From contig NC_068994.1 of NCBI RefSeq assembly GCF_001194135.2, positions 22,184,576-22,248,575 on the forward strand: 64,000 nt of DNA, in the 5' to 3' direction. The position numbers and the translations under genes were made by a program. How positions within the stretch are numbered: position 1 is the stretch's first letter; every line of letters begins with the position of its first letter. This document shows positions 12,235 through 24,329 of this stretch, piece by piece. The notes beneath the pieces are model-generated. The model saw nothing but the letters and a program-made list of their open reading frames with translations. It did not search any database and was not told the origin of the DNA. This stretch comes from Octopus bimaculoides. Taxonomy: Eukaryota.

Positions 12235-13762
12235 CTAGTGCTTACAGTCAAAGTTGACAGGTTTATCTGTCTTTCAATAATTTTAAACTTTTTTGCTTTG
12301 AGCCTTTCTCCATTTTCCTTTTGTGTTTCGTTTTGTCTTGTTTCAGTTCTTTTTACTTGGAGGCCCTCTTGCTTCTTGCATTTCTTGTTTCCTCTCCAAT
12401 TCATATCAAGCAGTAACTTTTTCTTGTGATGATCTTCATTTTTCTGCAGTTTAAAGTTGAGCATGTTCTCTGTAAATTACAATTTCTTTATCTGTCTGAC
12501 ATTCAGTCACCTATCGACCTAGTAACCTGTCAGTGAACAAGACATGTGCTTCGAATGGAAGACAACCAACTCTCAAAGCAAATATGCTTCATCCTGCTAG
12601 AGGAAACAGCTGAAGCACTTTCTGAAGGGATTATTTGAAAATTTCCACATTAATATCAACATCTGGGCAGCTTTCACTTCCAAGACAGCCTGGATTTTCA
12701 TCACAGTATGGATATACAATGCACATGAAGATGGTAACTACATAAAAAGGTGATGATCATTCAAAATTGATGGAACCTTTACATGAGGGAGACATAGAAA
12801 GTCTAAGTATGAAGTAGTGAAGACTAATCTCAGGATGCTGCATCTCATGCAAAGGTTCATGATGACTGGCAACGTACAGTACTGGATAAAATTCACCTAC
12901 TCTTGCAGGCATGGCATAAGGAACATTAAAATAATGGTAGTGTTGGAGGGTGGGAGGGATACATATCTATATTACCCAATTTAGCTTTCACATGCTGCCT
13001 TTGTACAGACATATGCTTGACATAACCTTGCTAAGCTTCTATCTGCTGCTCCCAATATGTGTTCCTTACTGTCTCGTCTCTCTATCACTAATCTCTCTGA
13101 TATTCCTCTCTCCATTCACCTCCACTCATCTTGTTTCCCTCCTATCCACTGAACTATCACTCTGTTTTCTCCTGCCATACTCTCACTTCAGTATTCAGTC
13201 TCTTCCATTACTCACCCTAGCATCCTTTCAACTGTTTCCCTTATCTTACTTTTACTCTCTTAACCCACTTACTCTTGTTCTTTAGTTATCAGTCCTTCTT
13301 TTATTCAACTTTTCTGATAATGTTTCCTTGAATGAATAGAGACTCCAAGGATTCATCGGGATTCTTTAGTCTTATGGGGCACTATGCAACATCAATGGTG
13401 CTGATGCCACACTAAAATGAACTTGTGCACTGTAAAAGTGGTTAGTGAATGAGCAGACACAATATAGATTTGAGGAGACTCTTTAATCTGTCAGAAGATG
13501 TGACATCTTCTCTAGTGCTGGTGTCATGATAAAATGCTGCAATATACTCTGTAAAGTTAGTAATGTCAGGAAGGACATCCAGCCCTAGAAACCAAGCCAA
13601 AAATGGAATGTGTTGAACTAGACATGGGCTTTTGACCTGTCTAGCAGGACAGTAACTCTGAACAGAAGCAGATACAGATCAGAGTGAGCTGTCCATCTCA
13701 TATGAGTATGGATGTAAAAATGATGATGATGGTATATACACTGAGACACAAATATATGTATA

Positions 13763-13985
13763 CAGTAATCCCTTGACTATCGCAGGTGTTACATTCCAAA
13801 ACCCCCCCACAATAGGTGAAAATCTGCGAAGTAGAAACAGTACTGCACTATATATATTTTTTATTATTTTTATAATTTGTATATATTCATTTTATTATAA
13901 ATGCAAAACAACACCACAGAGAAATCAATGTAAGCTTAAATAATAAACCAAAATAGGTGAGCCTCAATATGGCATGGGAATACTG
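13763..13985. mobile_element. pogo/Tigger-like MITE
   Basis: TA-CAGTAATCCC...GGGAATACTG-TA. Confidence 0.75.
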
Positions 13986-14289
13986 TATGTGAAAGCACAT
14001 TACCTATTGGTTAGAGTGTTGGTCTCATGATCATAACGATGTGGGTTTGACTACTGGCTTTGTATATTGTGTCCTTGAGTAATGAATATCATTTCACTTA
14101 GTGTTGGTCTACTCAGCTGAAAACATGGACCAGCTTTGTGGTGGTCTATCTTTCTCACCTTCAGTGGTCTGCTGAGTAGGAGAGCCAAGACAGTGCCTCT
14201 ACTCAGAACTATTACATAGGCACCTTAAGTGTTAACAAAAGCATGGTACCTGCTATCAGATTATACTCACTTGCAAGTGATGGCTTTAC

Positions 14290-14502
14290 TCTTTTATTTG
14301 TTTCAGTCATTTGACTGTGGCCATGCTGGAGCACCGCCTTTAGTCGAGCAAATTGACCCCAGGACTTATTCTTTGTAAGCCTAGTGCTTATTCTGTTGGT
14401 CTCTTTTGCCGAACTGCTAAGTTACAGGGACACAAACACACCACCATCAGTTGTCAAGTGATGTTGGGGGAACAAACACAGACACACAAACATATACACA
14501 TG

Positions 14503-14539
<37 letters not shown>

Positions 14540-15395
14540 TCATCATCATCATCATCGTTTAACGTCCGCTTTCCATGCTAGCATGGGTTGGACGATTTGA
14601 CTGAGGACTGGTGAAACCGGATGGCAACACCAGGCTCCAGTCTGATTTGGCAGAGTTTCTACAGCTGGATGCCCTTCCTAACGCCAACCACTCAGAGAGT
14701 GTNNNNNNNNNNNNNNNNNNNNNNNNNNNNNNNNNNNNNNNNNNNNNNNNNNNNNNNNNNNNNNNNNNNNNNNNNNNNNNNNNNNNNNNNNNNNNNNNNN
14801 NNNNNNNNNNNNNNNNNNNNNNNNNNNNNNNNNNNNNNNNNNNNNNNNNNNNNNNNNNNNNNNNNNNNNNNNNNNNNNNNNNNNNNNNNNNNNNNNNNNN
14901 NNNNNNNNNNNNNNNNNNNNNNNNNNNNNNNNNNNNNNNNNNNNNNNNNNNNNNNNNNNNNNNNNNNNNNNNNNNNNNNNNNNNNNNNNNNNNNNNNNNN
15001 NNNNNNNNNNNNNNNNNNNNNNNNNNNNNNNGGTGAGGCCCAATGTACGAAGGTCTTGCCTCACCACCTCAGCCCAGGTCTTCCTGGGCCTACCTCTTCC
15101 ACGGGTTCCCTCAACTGTTAGGGTGTGGCACTTTTTCACGCAGCTATCCTCCTCCATTCTCACCACATGTCCATACCAGCGCAATCGTCTCTCTTGCACG
15201 CCACAACTGATGCTTCTAATGTTCAGCTTTTCTCTCAAGATACTTACACTCTGACGGGTATATATATATATATATATATATACATATATATACGATGGGC
15301 TTCTTTCAGTTTCTGTCTACCAAATCCACTCACAAGGCTTTGGTCGGCCCGAGGCTATAATAGAAGACACTTGCCCAAGGTGCCACACAGTGGCT
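14290..15395 (-). mobile_element. tRNA-derived SINE (family A) split at its internal (TA)n by an RTE fragment
   Basis: SINE 3' half at 14,290-14,520 and 5' part at 15,260-15,395; same family as 35,240-35,615. Confidence 0.75.
14537..15258 (-). mobile_element. 5'-truncated RTE LINE with (GAT)n tail
   Basis: REKLNIRSISCGVQERRLRWYGHVVRM...RGRGRPRKTW; tail at 14,537-14,556. Confidence 0.9.
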
Positions 15396-15504
15396 TTGTT
15401 TTCTTTTACACATAATTATATTCATATGTGTATCTGTGTGTGTGTGTGTATATATATCCAAATATATGTCTGTGGTGTACATATCATCATACATAAAATA
15501 ATAT

Positions 15505-16080
15505 AGGTGGCTAGATGCAATGTAAAACCAAAAAGGAAGAATTCAGTTGTCACTAAAAGTGACTGAGAGTGCATTATAGCATCTACATTGCTAGAAATAA
15601 TAGTCAAAAACCCTTATAGCCACAAACATAGCACATGTCTATGTAATGGCAGATGAGTTAACCACCCCATAATGAGCGAGGGTACTAAATTGGAAAGCCA
15701 ATTTTGCTTGAAATTAAAGTTCATCTGTAGTACTATTACTCTATCGTTTATAGTTAAGTCAGATCCAACCTGTCAGTATATAGATTTTAGCATAGGAATC
15801 AAAGGGTGATTCAGCAAATGATTATGTGAAAATTACAAAATAATAAAGGTGACTAGACACAATATAAAACCAAAAGGGAAAAATTCAGTTATCACTAATA
15901 AGTGATTGAAGGTGCATTATAGCACCTATATTGCTAGAAATAAGTGTCAAAGACCCTTATAGCCACAAGCATAGCACAAGTCTATGTGCTCACAGGGGAA
16001 TTAACCACCCCATAGCAAGCAAGGGTACTAAATTGTCAAGCCATTTTCGCTTGAAATTAAAGCTCATCAGTAGTGCTACT
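15505..16080 (+). repeat. Diverged direct duplication of a ~230-bp unit
   Basis: 15,505-15,740 matches 15,848-16,080 (e.g. CCCTTATAGCCACAA, GAGGGTACTAAATTG / AAGGGTACTAAATTG, GCTTGAAATTAAAG). Confidence 0.85.
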
Positions 16081-16179
16081 TATATATTCACATTCACAAA
16101 TGCACACATGTATAGGTATATAATCTATGTAATTATATAGTCACCAATACATGCATGTACATTATATATATATATATAT

Positions 16180-17775
16180 GATCTAGAGAAAGCCTTCGAC
16201 AGAATACCCTACTGTGTGATATGGTGGGCACTGAGGAGACTAGGGATAGAAGAGTGGCTGGTGAAAGCTGTACAGGCCATGTACAGATACACTGTAAGTA
16301 AGGTGAGAGTTAACCATGAGTCCAGTGGAGAATTTTGTGTGTAGGTAGGGTTTCATCAAGGCTCATTCCTTAGTCCCTTCCTTTTCATCATTGTCCTCCA
16401 GGCCATAACAAAAGAATTCAAGACCTACAGCTTCTGAGAACTACTACAAGCTGATGATCTTACCCTCATTGCAGATTCCATATCAGAGCTAGAAGAGAAA
16501 TTCCAGTTGTAGAAGCAAGACCTGGAATCTAAGGGCCTTTAGGTTAACTTAGCAGAGACTAAAGTCCTAGTAAGCAAGAAAACTGACAGGACCCTACTAT
16601 CCCCTTCAGGTAAGCAGCCCTGTTCAATTTGTAGGAGAGGTGTAAGCAGGATCTCCATACAGTGTACTCAGTGTAAGCTATGTACACACAAGAGGTGCAG
16701 TGGATTAATAGGAAGATTATCAGAGAAGATAGTCTCTGTATGTGAAAGATGCCCAGGATCCATAAAAACTATAGAGACTCGAGAAATTGATTCTCTCAAA
16801 TACCCTGGTGGCTCATTAGAGGTAGTAGATAATTTCTGCTACTTAGGGGACCAAATCAGTAGTGGGGGTGATGCATAGAGAATGTGATAGCTAGAATAAG
16901 AATATGATAGAGGAAATTCAGAGAGCTGTTACCTTTTTTGGGTATGAAAAGTTTCTCTGAGTGAAAGGAAAATTGTATGATGGATGTATATGGACAGTAA
17001 TTCTACATGAAATGTGTGCTCTGAATGCAGAGGATATGCAAAGGTTAGAAAGAAATGAGTCTAGTATACTCCACTGGATGTGTAATGTGAGTGTACATGT
17101 TCAGCAGACTGCTAGTGCTTTAAGAGAGAAGTTAAGCATAAGAGGAATTAGTTGATGTGTGCAAGACAGAAGACTGCACTGGCTTGGTCATGTGATACTG
17201 ATGGATGCCAACAGCTCCCTAAAGAAGTGCTGATCTCTCAAAGTAGAAGGAACATGCGGAAGTGCAAGACCCAGGAAGACATGGGACAATGTGCTAAAAA
17301 ACAACCTGAGAACACTGAAACTTTCAGGTGAGATGACAAAGGACTGAGATGCCTGGCATCTTGCTGTACTCAAGAAGACCCATACTCTGCAGCAAAAGAG
17401 TTAAGACTAGTCCCCCTGGTGGTGAGGATTGACCTGCAAGAGTCCTGGGTTGGTGCCACGTAAAAAGCATTCATGGTGGTGCCACATAAAATTGCCCATG
17501 CAGTACCATGTAAAAGCACCAATACAGTGCTACATAAAACCACCCACGCAATACCATCTAAAAGCTCCCATGCAGCACCACATAAAGTACTGATGTGGAG
17601 CCACATAAAAGCACCCAGCACACTCTGTAAAGTGGTTGGCATAAGAAAGGGCATCCAGTCATAGAAACCATGCCAAATCAGCCTGGAGTCTGGTGCTGCT
17701 CCCCAACCTGTCAGCTCTAATCAAACCATCCAACCGATGCCAGCATGGACAAAAGAAATTAAATGATGTTGATGA
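16180..17775 (+). mobile_element. Decayed RTE LINE (RT to 3' UTR)
   Basis: DLEKAFDRIP, QGSFLSPFLF, ADDL; PHD-like Cys cluster at about 16,620-16,750; (GAT)n-like tail. Confidence 0.88.
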
Positions 17776-18689
17776 TGTATATATAAATATACACATATAT
17801 ACAACATGATGTGCTGTCTACACACAACAAATAATCAGTAATGTTAGAGATCAGAATAATTTACCATGTTAAACTCCTACTCTCATGTAAAATGCACATC
17901 CATGTACAGTGTTGCATATACTGTGAAATAGGCTAACAGAGCAAAATACTTTTAACTCTTTAGCATTTAAACTGACCAGATCCAACCTCTTACTCTGTGA
18001 TTAATTCGAAACAATGCGAATAAATAAAGATTACATTTAACTGGGTAACTTGAATGCTAAAGAGTTAAAGGACAACAGAAAACAATGATATTTCAAAATA
18101 TTCATTCCTACATCTGTTTCACCAATCTTTAAGTAACATTATTATGTAATTTGTAGGAACCAGCTTGTTAGGTTGTTTTTTTTTTTGTTGTTTTTTTTAA
18201 AATATGAACTACAATGTTCATATTTCAAAGTATGCCAGAAAGTGAATATTAAATGATGATAATGATGATGTTACTACAGTTACAGATCATCTTACCCCAC
18301 TGTAAATTAGGTCCCTAATGTAGCAGAAGCTATCTACTGCTTCTAAGAAAACTTGTGGGTATTCGAATGTATTTATTTTGTATTCAAATGAATTTTATTT
18401 TGCACTCTTGTGCACCTGTCACATTTGAAGTCTATCTTTCTGGGATCCTGCTTCACTTCTTATGCATCAATTGTTTACCTTGGATGTATACTATAATATA
18501 ACATATGTGTGTATGTGGAATTTCTGCCTACACTTTTGCTGTATGTCAAGCATAGCAATTTCCCTGATAATAGCAGTTCTATTGAATTTTAAATTAACAT
18601 TGAAATTCTATAGAACTATAAAATTTACAGTGTTAGTGCTCCACATAATGTACATGCAGTGCCAATTATTATTCTTCAACTTCTTCTTC

Positions 18690-19345
18690 TTCTTCTTTAG
18701 ATGTCAAAAACTCTCCTAAGTATCCTAGCTGTCCCTAATAACACTGTTGTTGTTGTTGTTATTGTTATTATTACTATTCATATACACTCAACAGATTAGA
18801 TTGTTGGAAAAGAAAAGAATCCTAACATCAGGCTACAAGTATCCTTACATGCCAAGAATCCTTCTATTGGGTTACAACAAGTTGCCTTAGATGTCAAGAA
18901 CCCTCCTAAGTATCCTAGCTGTCCCTAATAACAGTGTTTTCTGCAGCTTTACTAAACTGGGTTTTATGCCTATTTCTTCTATCCATCTGTTCAGATCTTT
19001 AGGGATAGTCCACAATGCACCTATAACTACTAGGATACATTTTATCTGCACATTCCATAGTCTCTGTAATTCTATAGCTAGGTCCTAATACTTTGCTATT
19101 TTCTCTATACCTCTCATATTGATTTTCTCATCATTTGGGACTGTAAAGTCAATTAGCTGACACTTTCTATTCATCTACTACTATCAAATCAGGCCTTCTA
19201 GCTCCTATTATTCTGTCAGTCTGAATGTTAAAGTCCCACAACATCTTGTATTTCTTACTTTCTAGTACTTTACTAGGTTCATGTTCATACCATTTATCAG
19301 TATGTTCAAATCCTAGCTTTCTACATTGCTCTTCCTAGATTGTCA
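18690..19345 (-). mobile_element. R4/Dong-like RLE LINE 3' end with (AAC/AAT)n tail and a duplicated terminal piece
   Basis: KWYEHEP..VLE..KMLWDFNIQTDRIIGARRPDL...LQKTVLLGTARILRRVLDI*. Confidence 0.9.
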
Positions 19346-19419
19346 TGTCTTTTCTTGTATTCTTTCTGTGCCTGCATGCTACATTCACTTATTATTTTAA
19401 TTATTTCTGAACAGATGGT

Positions 19420-20620
19420 CCCATTAAGTTGCTCAGAGTCTGGTTTGGTCCAGACCTTCAGGTGGAGAAGAACTGAGACGAGGTGATGAGCAGGGTGGCC
19501 AATGTCACCCAGAAATGGGCTGAGAGGAAGCTGTCCCTGAATGGTCTAGCAGAGGTGGTGAATGCATACATCGCATCCATCATCTATTACCGCTTGACTG
19601 TCATCCCTTGCCCCATTTGCTGGTTGACCTAGCTGCTGCACTTACTCTTCCGCTTTCTGTGGTAGGGACGCATTCCACTGGTCAGGCGCTCCATCTGCTG
19701 TCAACAGCCACTGAATGGAGGGCTAGGCATGCTGTGGTTATTGATGCGCAGACATGTGCTGAGGTTGCGGCATCTCCAGCGTTTCCTTGACCATGAGCAG
19801 GTGTGGTCACCGTTTGTCAGGCATGCTTTTCCTCAGCTCCTCTCTTTGACTGAGCTGCAATCCTAGATTAGGCGTAGACTGAGGAGGAGTACTTGGCACC
19901 TCAAGTGCCATCAAGCGGTCACAGCCCTCTGCTGGGCAGGCAATGCAGTCAGTGGTAGTTCCACTCTAACGTTCTGTAGAGGGCTAGTGGAGGGAAAGTA
20001 CGACAATGTTCTCGGGAAAACTCTGGGTGTCGATGAAGATGAACAAACTGGTCTGTTTCAGGGAACTTTTGGGCCTGGGCCTATGGATAACTTCCAGAAA
20101 TCCCTTGCCTGGCAGTGCTACCGAGGGGCGCTGCCTGTTCGGGATAAGCTTTACAGGCACAGAAGTGCCATCAGCTGGGCCTGCCCAAGGTGCACCCAGA
20201 ATGATGAAACCGTTCTGCATGCCCTAGTCCAGTGCCCAAGTATTACTGACCTGTGGGTTTATGTCAAACACCTGCTGTTGTGTGTAGGACAGATCCAGCT
20301 GTCAGCTAAACCCATTGGGAAGATTTCCCCACTGCCCTCTTTTGGTTAGGAGGGGCAGGCAATTTTTATTTAAAGGGCTAAAGACGGACACTTTCCTCTT
20401 TGGCCAAGCCCTCATTAACTTTTTCAAGTTTCACTTGAAAAGGAAGTTGAGGGTGGAGAGGGAAGTGTTTCCTTGTAGCAAGTTTGTTGAAAGATGGGTG
20501 AATGTTGGAAGAATGACCAGTGGGAAAGAACCAATTTTGAGCGTGCACTGTGAAAAATTTAAAGGAGATTGATCAGGCACCCGTGGATTTTGTGAGCCCT
20601 TGTGGCTAATGAAAGAATGA
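19420..20620 (+). mobile_element. 5'-truncated Tx1/L1-clade LINE, ORF2 C-terminus
   Basis: GPIKLLRVWFGPDLQ; DNFQKSLAWQCYRGALPVRDKL; CPRC..DETVLHALVQCP; ends in an (ATT)n tract. Confidence 0.88.
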
Positions 20621-20671
20621 ATTATTATTATTATTATTATTATTATTGTTGTTGTAGTTGTTGTTGTTTAG

Positions 20672-20870
20672 GGTAGTGTTAGCATGTCAGGCAAAATGCT
20701 GCTGAGCATTTCATCTGTCTTTGCATTCTGAGTTCAAATTCTGCCGGGGTCAACTTTGTCTTTCATCTCTTCAGGGGCAATAAAATAAGTACCAGTTGAG
20801 TACTGAGGTCAATGTAACCGACATAGCCTTCCCCAGAAATTGCTGGCCTTGTGCCAAAATTTGAAACCAT
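20672..20870 (+). mobile_element. tRNA-derived SINE (family B)
   Basis: GAGTTCAAATTC B-box-like motif; tail AATTGCTGGCCTTGTGCCAAAATTTGAAACC; other copies at 28,440, 32,455 and 38,600. Confidence 0.8.
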
Positions 20871-21544
20871 TATTATTATAATTGTTATTGTTGCTTTGTT
20901 TTATACAAATCATTCTGAGTCTGACCCAAAGATCTCAAGTAACAGCAAATTGGACTTTTTACTATGAGTGTTATTTATCAGTATTATTAATGAGAAGCAA
21001 TGATATATTGCAGAGAAAGGAGGCCAAATACTGAGAATTAAGATTTCATTCACAAATTGTAATATTTGCAATTTTGAAAGACTTTAAAGAATTCAGATAT
21101 TCTTAGGTTGATAGCAATTTTCTTAGGATGTGGCCAATATCCTAAGAAATGGGAACAGTTTTTTTTTTTTGTAGTTCTGATGTTTTGGGGTTTACTGATA
21201 TTTGACGTTGGTATTTAAGAGTACCATTTAGTATTATCCTCAAAGCTCCGATGATCACAGGTACATTTTATAACAAAGCCTATCCTTCTCCTTGTCACTT
21301 AATACATGCCAAGTGGTTAGTATTTACACAACTTAGGAAGTTTATAAATGTTTGTTGCAGTTCATTTGAAGAACAATAGCAAATCCTCGTAAGGTAGAAA
21401 CATCTGACCATGAGTGTGAAGTATTTCAGTGAAACCATAAAATCACACAAACTTTTTTTTCTTTCTTTTCAGTTGCTGAAAACAGATACCATCAAATTGA
21501 ATCACCAATGGATGCCTCTACTCTTCCTGTCTGGTCAACATCAT

Positions 21545-23050
21545 TAGGATTGCTACCATCAATATTGACACAATGAAAGGTAGGTCAGGAGAGATTGTGG
21601 TGATACTGGAACAAAGATGAGTAGCTGTGTATTGTGTGCAAGAAATAAAGTAGAAGGTTGCCTCAGCCAGACTCATCATGGACAAGGAATAGAGATACAA
21701 ACTCCTCTGGGTAGGAAACTGCAATGAGATAGGTGGAGTGAGTATATTGTGAGCAAACAAATGAATAGATAAAGTAATTGAGGAGGTCAGAATATATGAT
21801 AGGATAATTAAGCTTAGGTTTGTTATAAATAACTCAGTGATGACATCTCTGCATTTGAATAACAGTCAGGACTGACAGATGAACCAACGGATTACATTTT
21901 TATGAAACCCTTTTGCAGATAAACTGCATAACAAATGATAGTGACTCATTATTATGGCTGGCAACTTTAATGGACATGTTGGACAACAGCGAGAGGATTT
22001 CTCTGACATAAGTGGAAATTATATTTACAATACAAAGAATAAGGAAAGATCAAGGATCCTGGAACGCTCTCAGGCAAGAGATCTAACCATTTACAGTACA
22101 AACTTCAAGAAACTGACGGCCACCCTAATCACCTCCCAAATAATAAATGCACAATCCTGATAGATTTTTTTCTCACTCAGGATTGGGACAGGCAGTGCAA
22201 ATGCTAAATTTTTCCTGGTGAAAACTGTTCAACCCAATACATATCAATGGTTTCTGACTTAATAAGACTGAAAAAGGAAAGTTAATTTAGAGGAGGAAGA
22301 TATGGAAGGTGAAAAAATATTGGCTACTGATTCTGAGGAAAACTGGGAGCTTGTGTGGGAAGGTGCTGCAGGCTGCAGACTTGTTCTGTGGATGGTGCAA
22401 GGTGAAGTAGTGGTAAAATAGTACTGTAACTAGAACTGTAAACATTTAGAGACAGGCTTAGAAAGAGTGAAAGAAAGGGAAAGCAGAGTGCAATATAAAA
22501 TTACAATATGGCAGATATACCTTGCAAAGGAAGAGGCAGAAAGAAAAGTGTCAGAGGCATGAAGTATTTTGAATTGCTTTGCTGTGTGCTTGTGGAAACC
22601 AAGACATCATTGGAGAGTAGTGTGTATGAAATGATAACAGCACAGTTACTCTTAATGACATCAAAAAGAAAATGGCATGAATGTGTTTCTGTGAGAGGCT
22701 GTTGAATTCAGAGAATGCATGAGAGAGAGTCTACCTTAAATAGATGTAACGGAAGGACCTGCCAGCCAGGTTGATAGCAGTATTGTAGATAAAGCATTTA
22801 AGCAAATGAAAGCATGGAAGTACCTGGTCCATCAAGAATTACAACTGAGATGCTAAAAAAGTTTGGAGGAGTTAGATACAGGCTAGTCACCTGCTTAGTC
22901 AGTCAGGCAGTACAAGAAAGCTTCATACTCAATAACTGGCTGTTATGCCAATTACTGGGTATGAAAATGTTTAAAGAGCAACAGAGATGCATAAGAGAAA
23001 CAGTTATAGCCAAGTTGATAAAGATAATTAACCTCATTTTGTGCCCGGAT
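21545..23050 (+). mobile_element. Old fragmented RTE LINE (APE endonuclease and linker)
   Basis: IATINIDTMKGRSGEIV..CVQE; MAGNFNGHVG; VPGPSRITTEMLK. Confidence 0.7.
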
Positions 23051-23677
23051 GAAGTGTTACTGATGTTGCCTTCCTGTGACACCTAGACCATTATTTAGCT
23101 AAGAGTGCACTAATGTGTCCAGTTTGTAAATAGTATGGCATTTTCAATAGTAAAAATATGACTTTCATCATTTCTCATAAGTCACAAAATATAAGTGAGA
23201 TAGCCTGGGGATTAAATTATTTTGATATATGGCAAAAAAAAATACAGCCAAGATTTAAGCAAGTATTTATCCAATTACTGCAAATTTTATAACATTTTTG
23301 ATTAGCATTTATGGAGAATAGATTAATTATGCTAATCTGGGTTTTACTGTATGTATTACATATTTACGCAGGAATGCAGGACTTCCAGACTCACAAAAAT
23401 GCTGAACTTGAAACTTTTGTAGAACACTAAATCAATATTTACTTTTATCACCAGAACCTGTCTTCATCAGTCTTTCAGCCAGCTATATATGTATATTATA
23501 ATATTTGTGTTTATGTTCAGTTATAATAAAAACAATAATTTTACATTAATCTGATGGGTTACTCTATACTTTTATAGATTACTAATTAATTATTCTTAAA
23601 CAAGAATATTGTTATTTACATTTGACGGATATTTGTCCTCATCTTTTGTTGTGACTTCAACATTTTGGCCAGTTAAA

Positions 23678-23711
<34 letters not shown>

Positions 23712-23724
23712 ATCTTTTACTTGT

Positions 23725-24055
23725 TTGAGTAGGGTTGCCACTTTGGAGTGTTTTAGTCAAATTGATTCCAGTACTTACTTTTGAAAGCTTGATACTTATT
23801 CTTTCAGTCTCTTTCATGGAGCTTTTAAGCTACGGGGATGTAAAGAAACCAACACCAATTGTCAAGCAGTGGTAGAGGGCAAACGCAAAGATATATTTAT
23901 ACAAGCTTCTTTTGGTTTCCACCTACCATATCTACTGACAAGGCTTTAGTCAACCCAGGGCTATAGTAAAAAACTCTTGCTCAAGTTACCATACAGTGGG
24001 ATTGAACCTGGAGCCATGTGGTTGGAAAGTAAATTTTTTACCACACAGCCATGCC
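23725..24055 (-). mobile_element. SINE family A copy
   Basis: ACAAGGCTTTAGTCAACCCAGGGCTATAGT...GGATTGAACCTGGAGCCATGTGGTT. Confidence 0.75.
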
Positions 24056-24329
24056 TATATACAAAACATGTGTATGACTTAGGATAATTTGCATAATTAT
24101 ATCGAAAATGAAGTAAGAGAAATAACTCAGAGTGGACAGTGACGTTAAGATAGCAAGGACAAAGAAAGGTATACTAAATACCATACAAAATATATTCTTG
24201 ACTTATTGAAAAAATCATCACTTCATGAGAAATATAATCTAACATTTAGTAGCACTTGCAACAACTTTGAATGTATTTTTATTTCAATGACCCATTTTCT
24301 TGAGGAGGTTTTGATGAAAAAGAGGAGGA

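Noticed and set aside
21473-21579. Candidate coding exon (cag|TTG..AAG|gtaggt)
   Set aside because: Stops in all three frames, and its 3' part is an RTE start; at most an exonised UTR piece.
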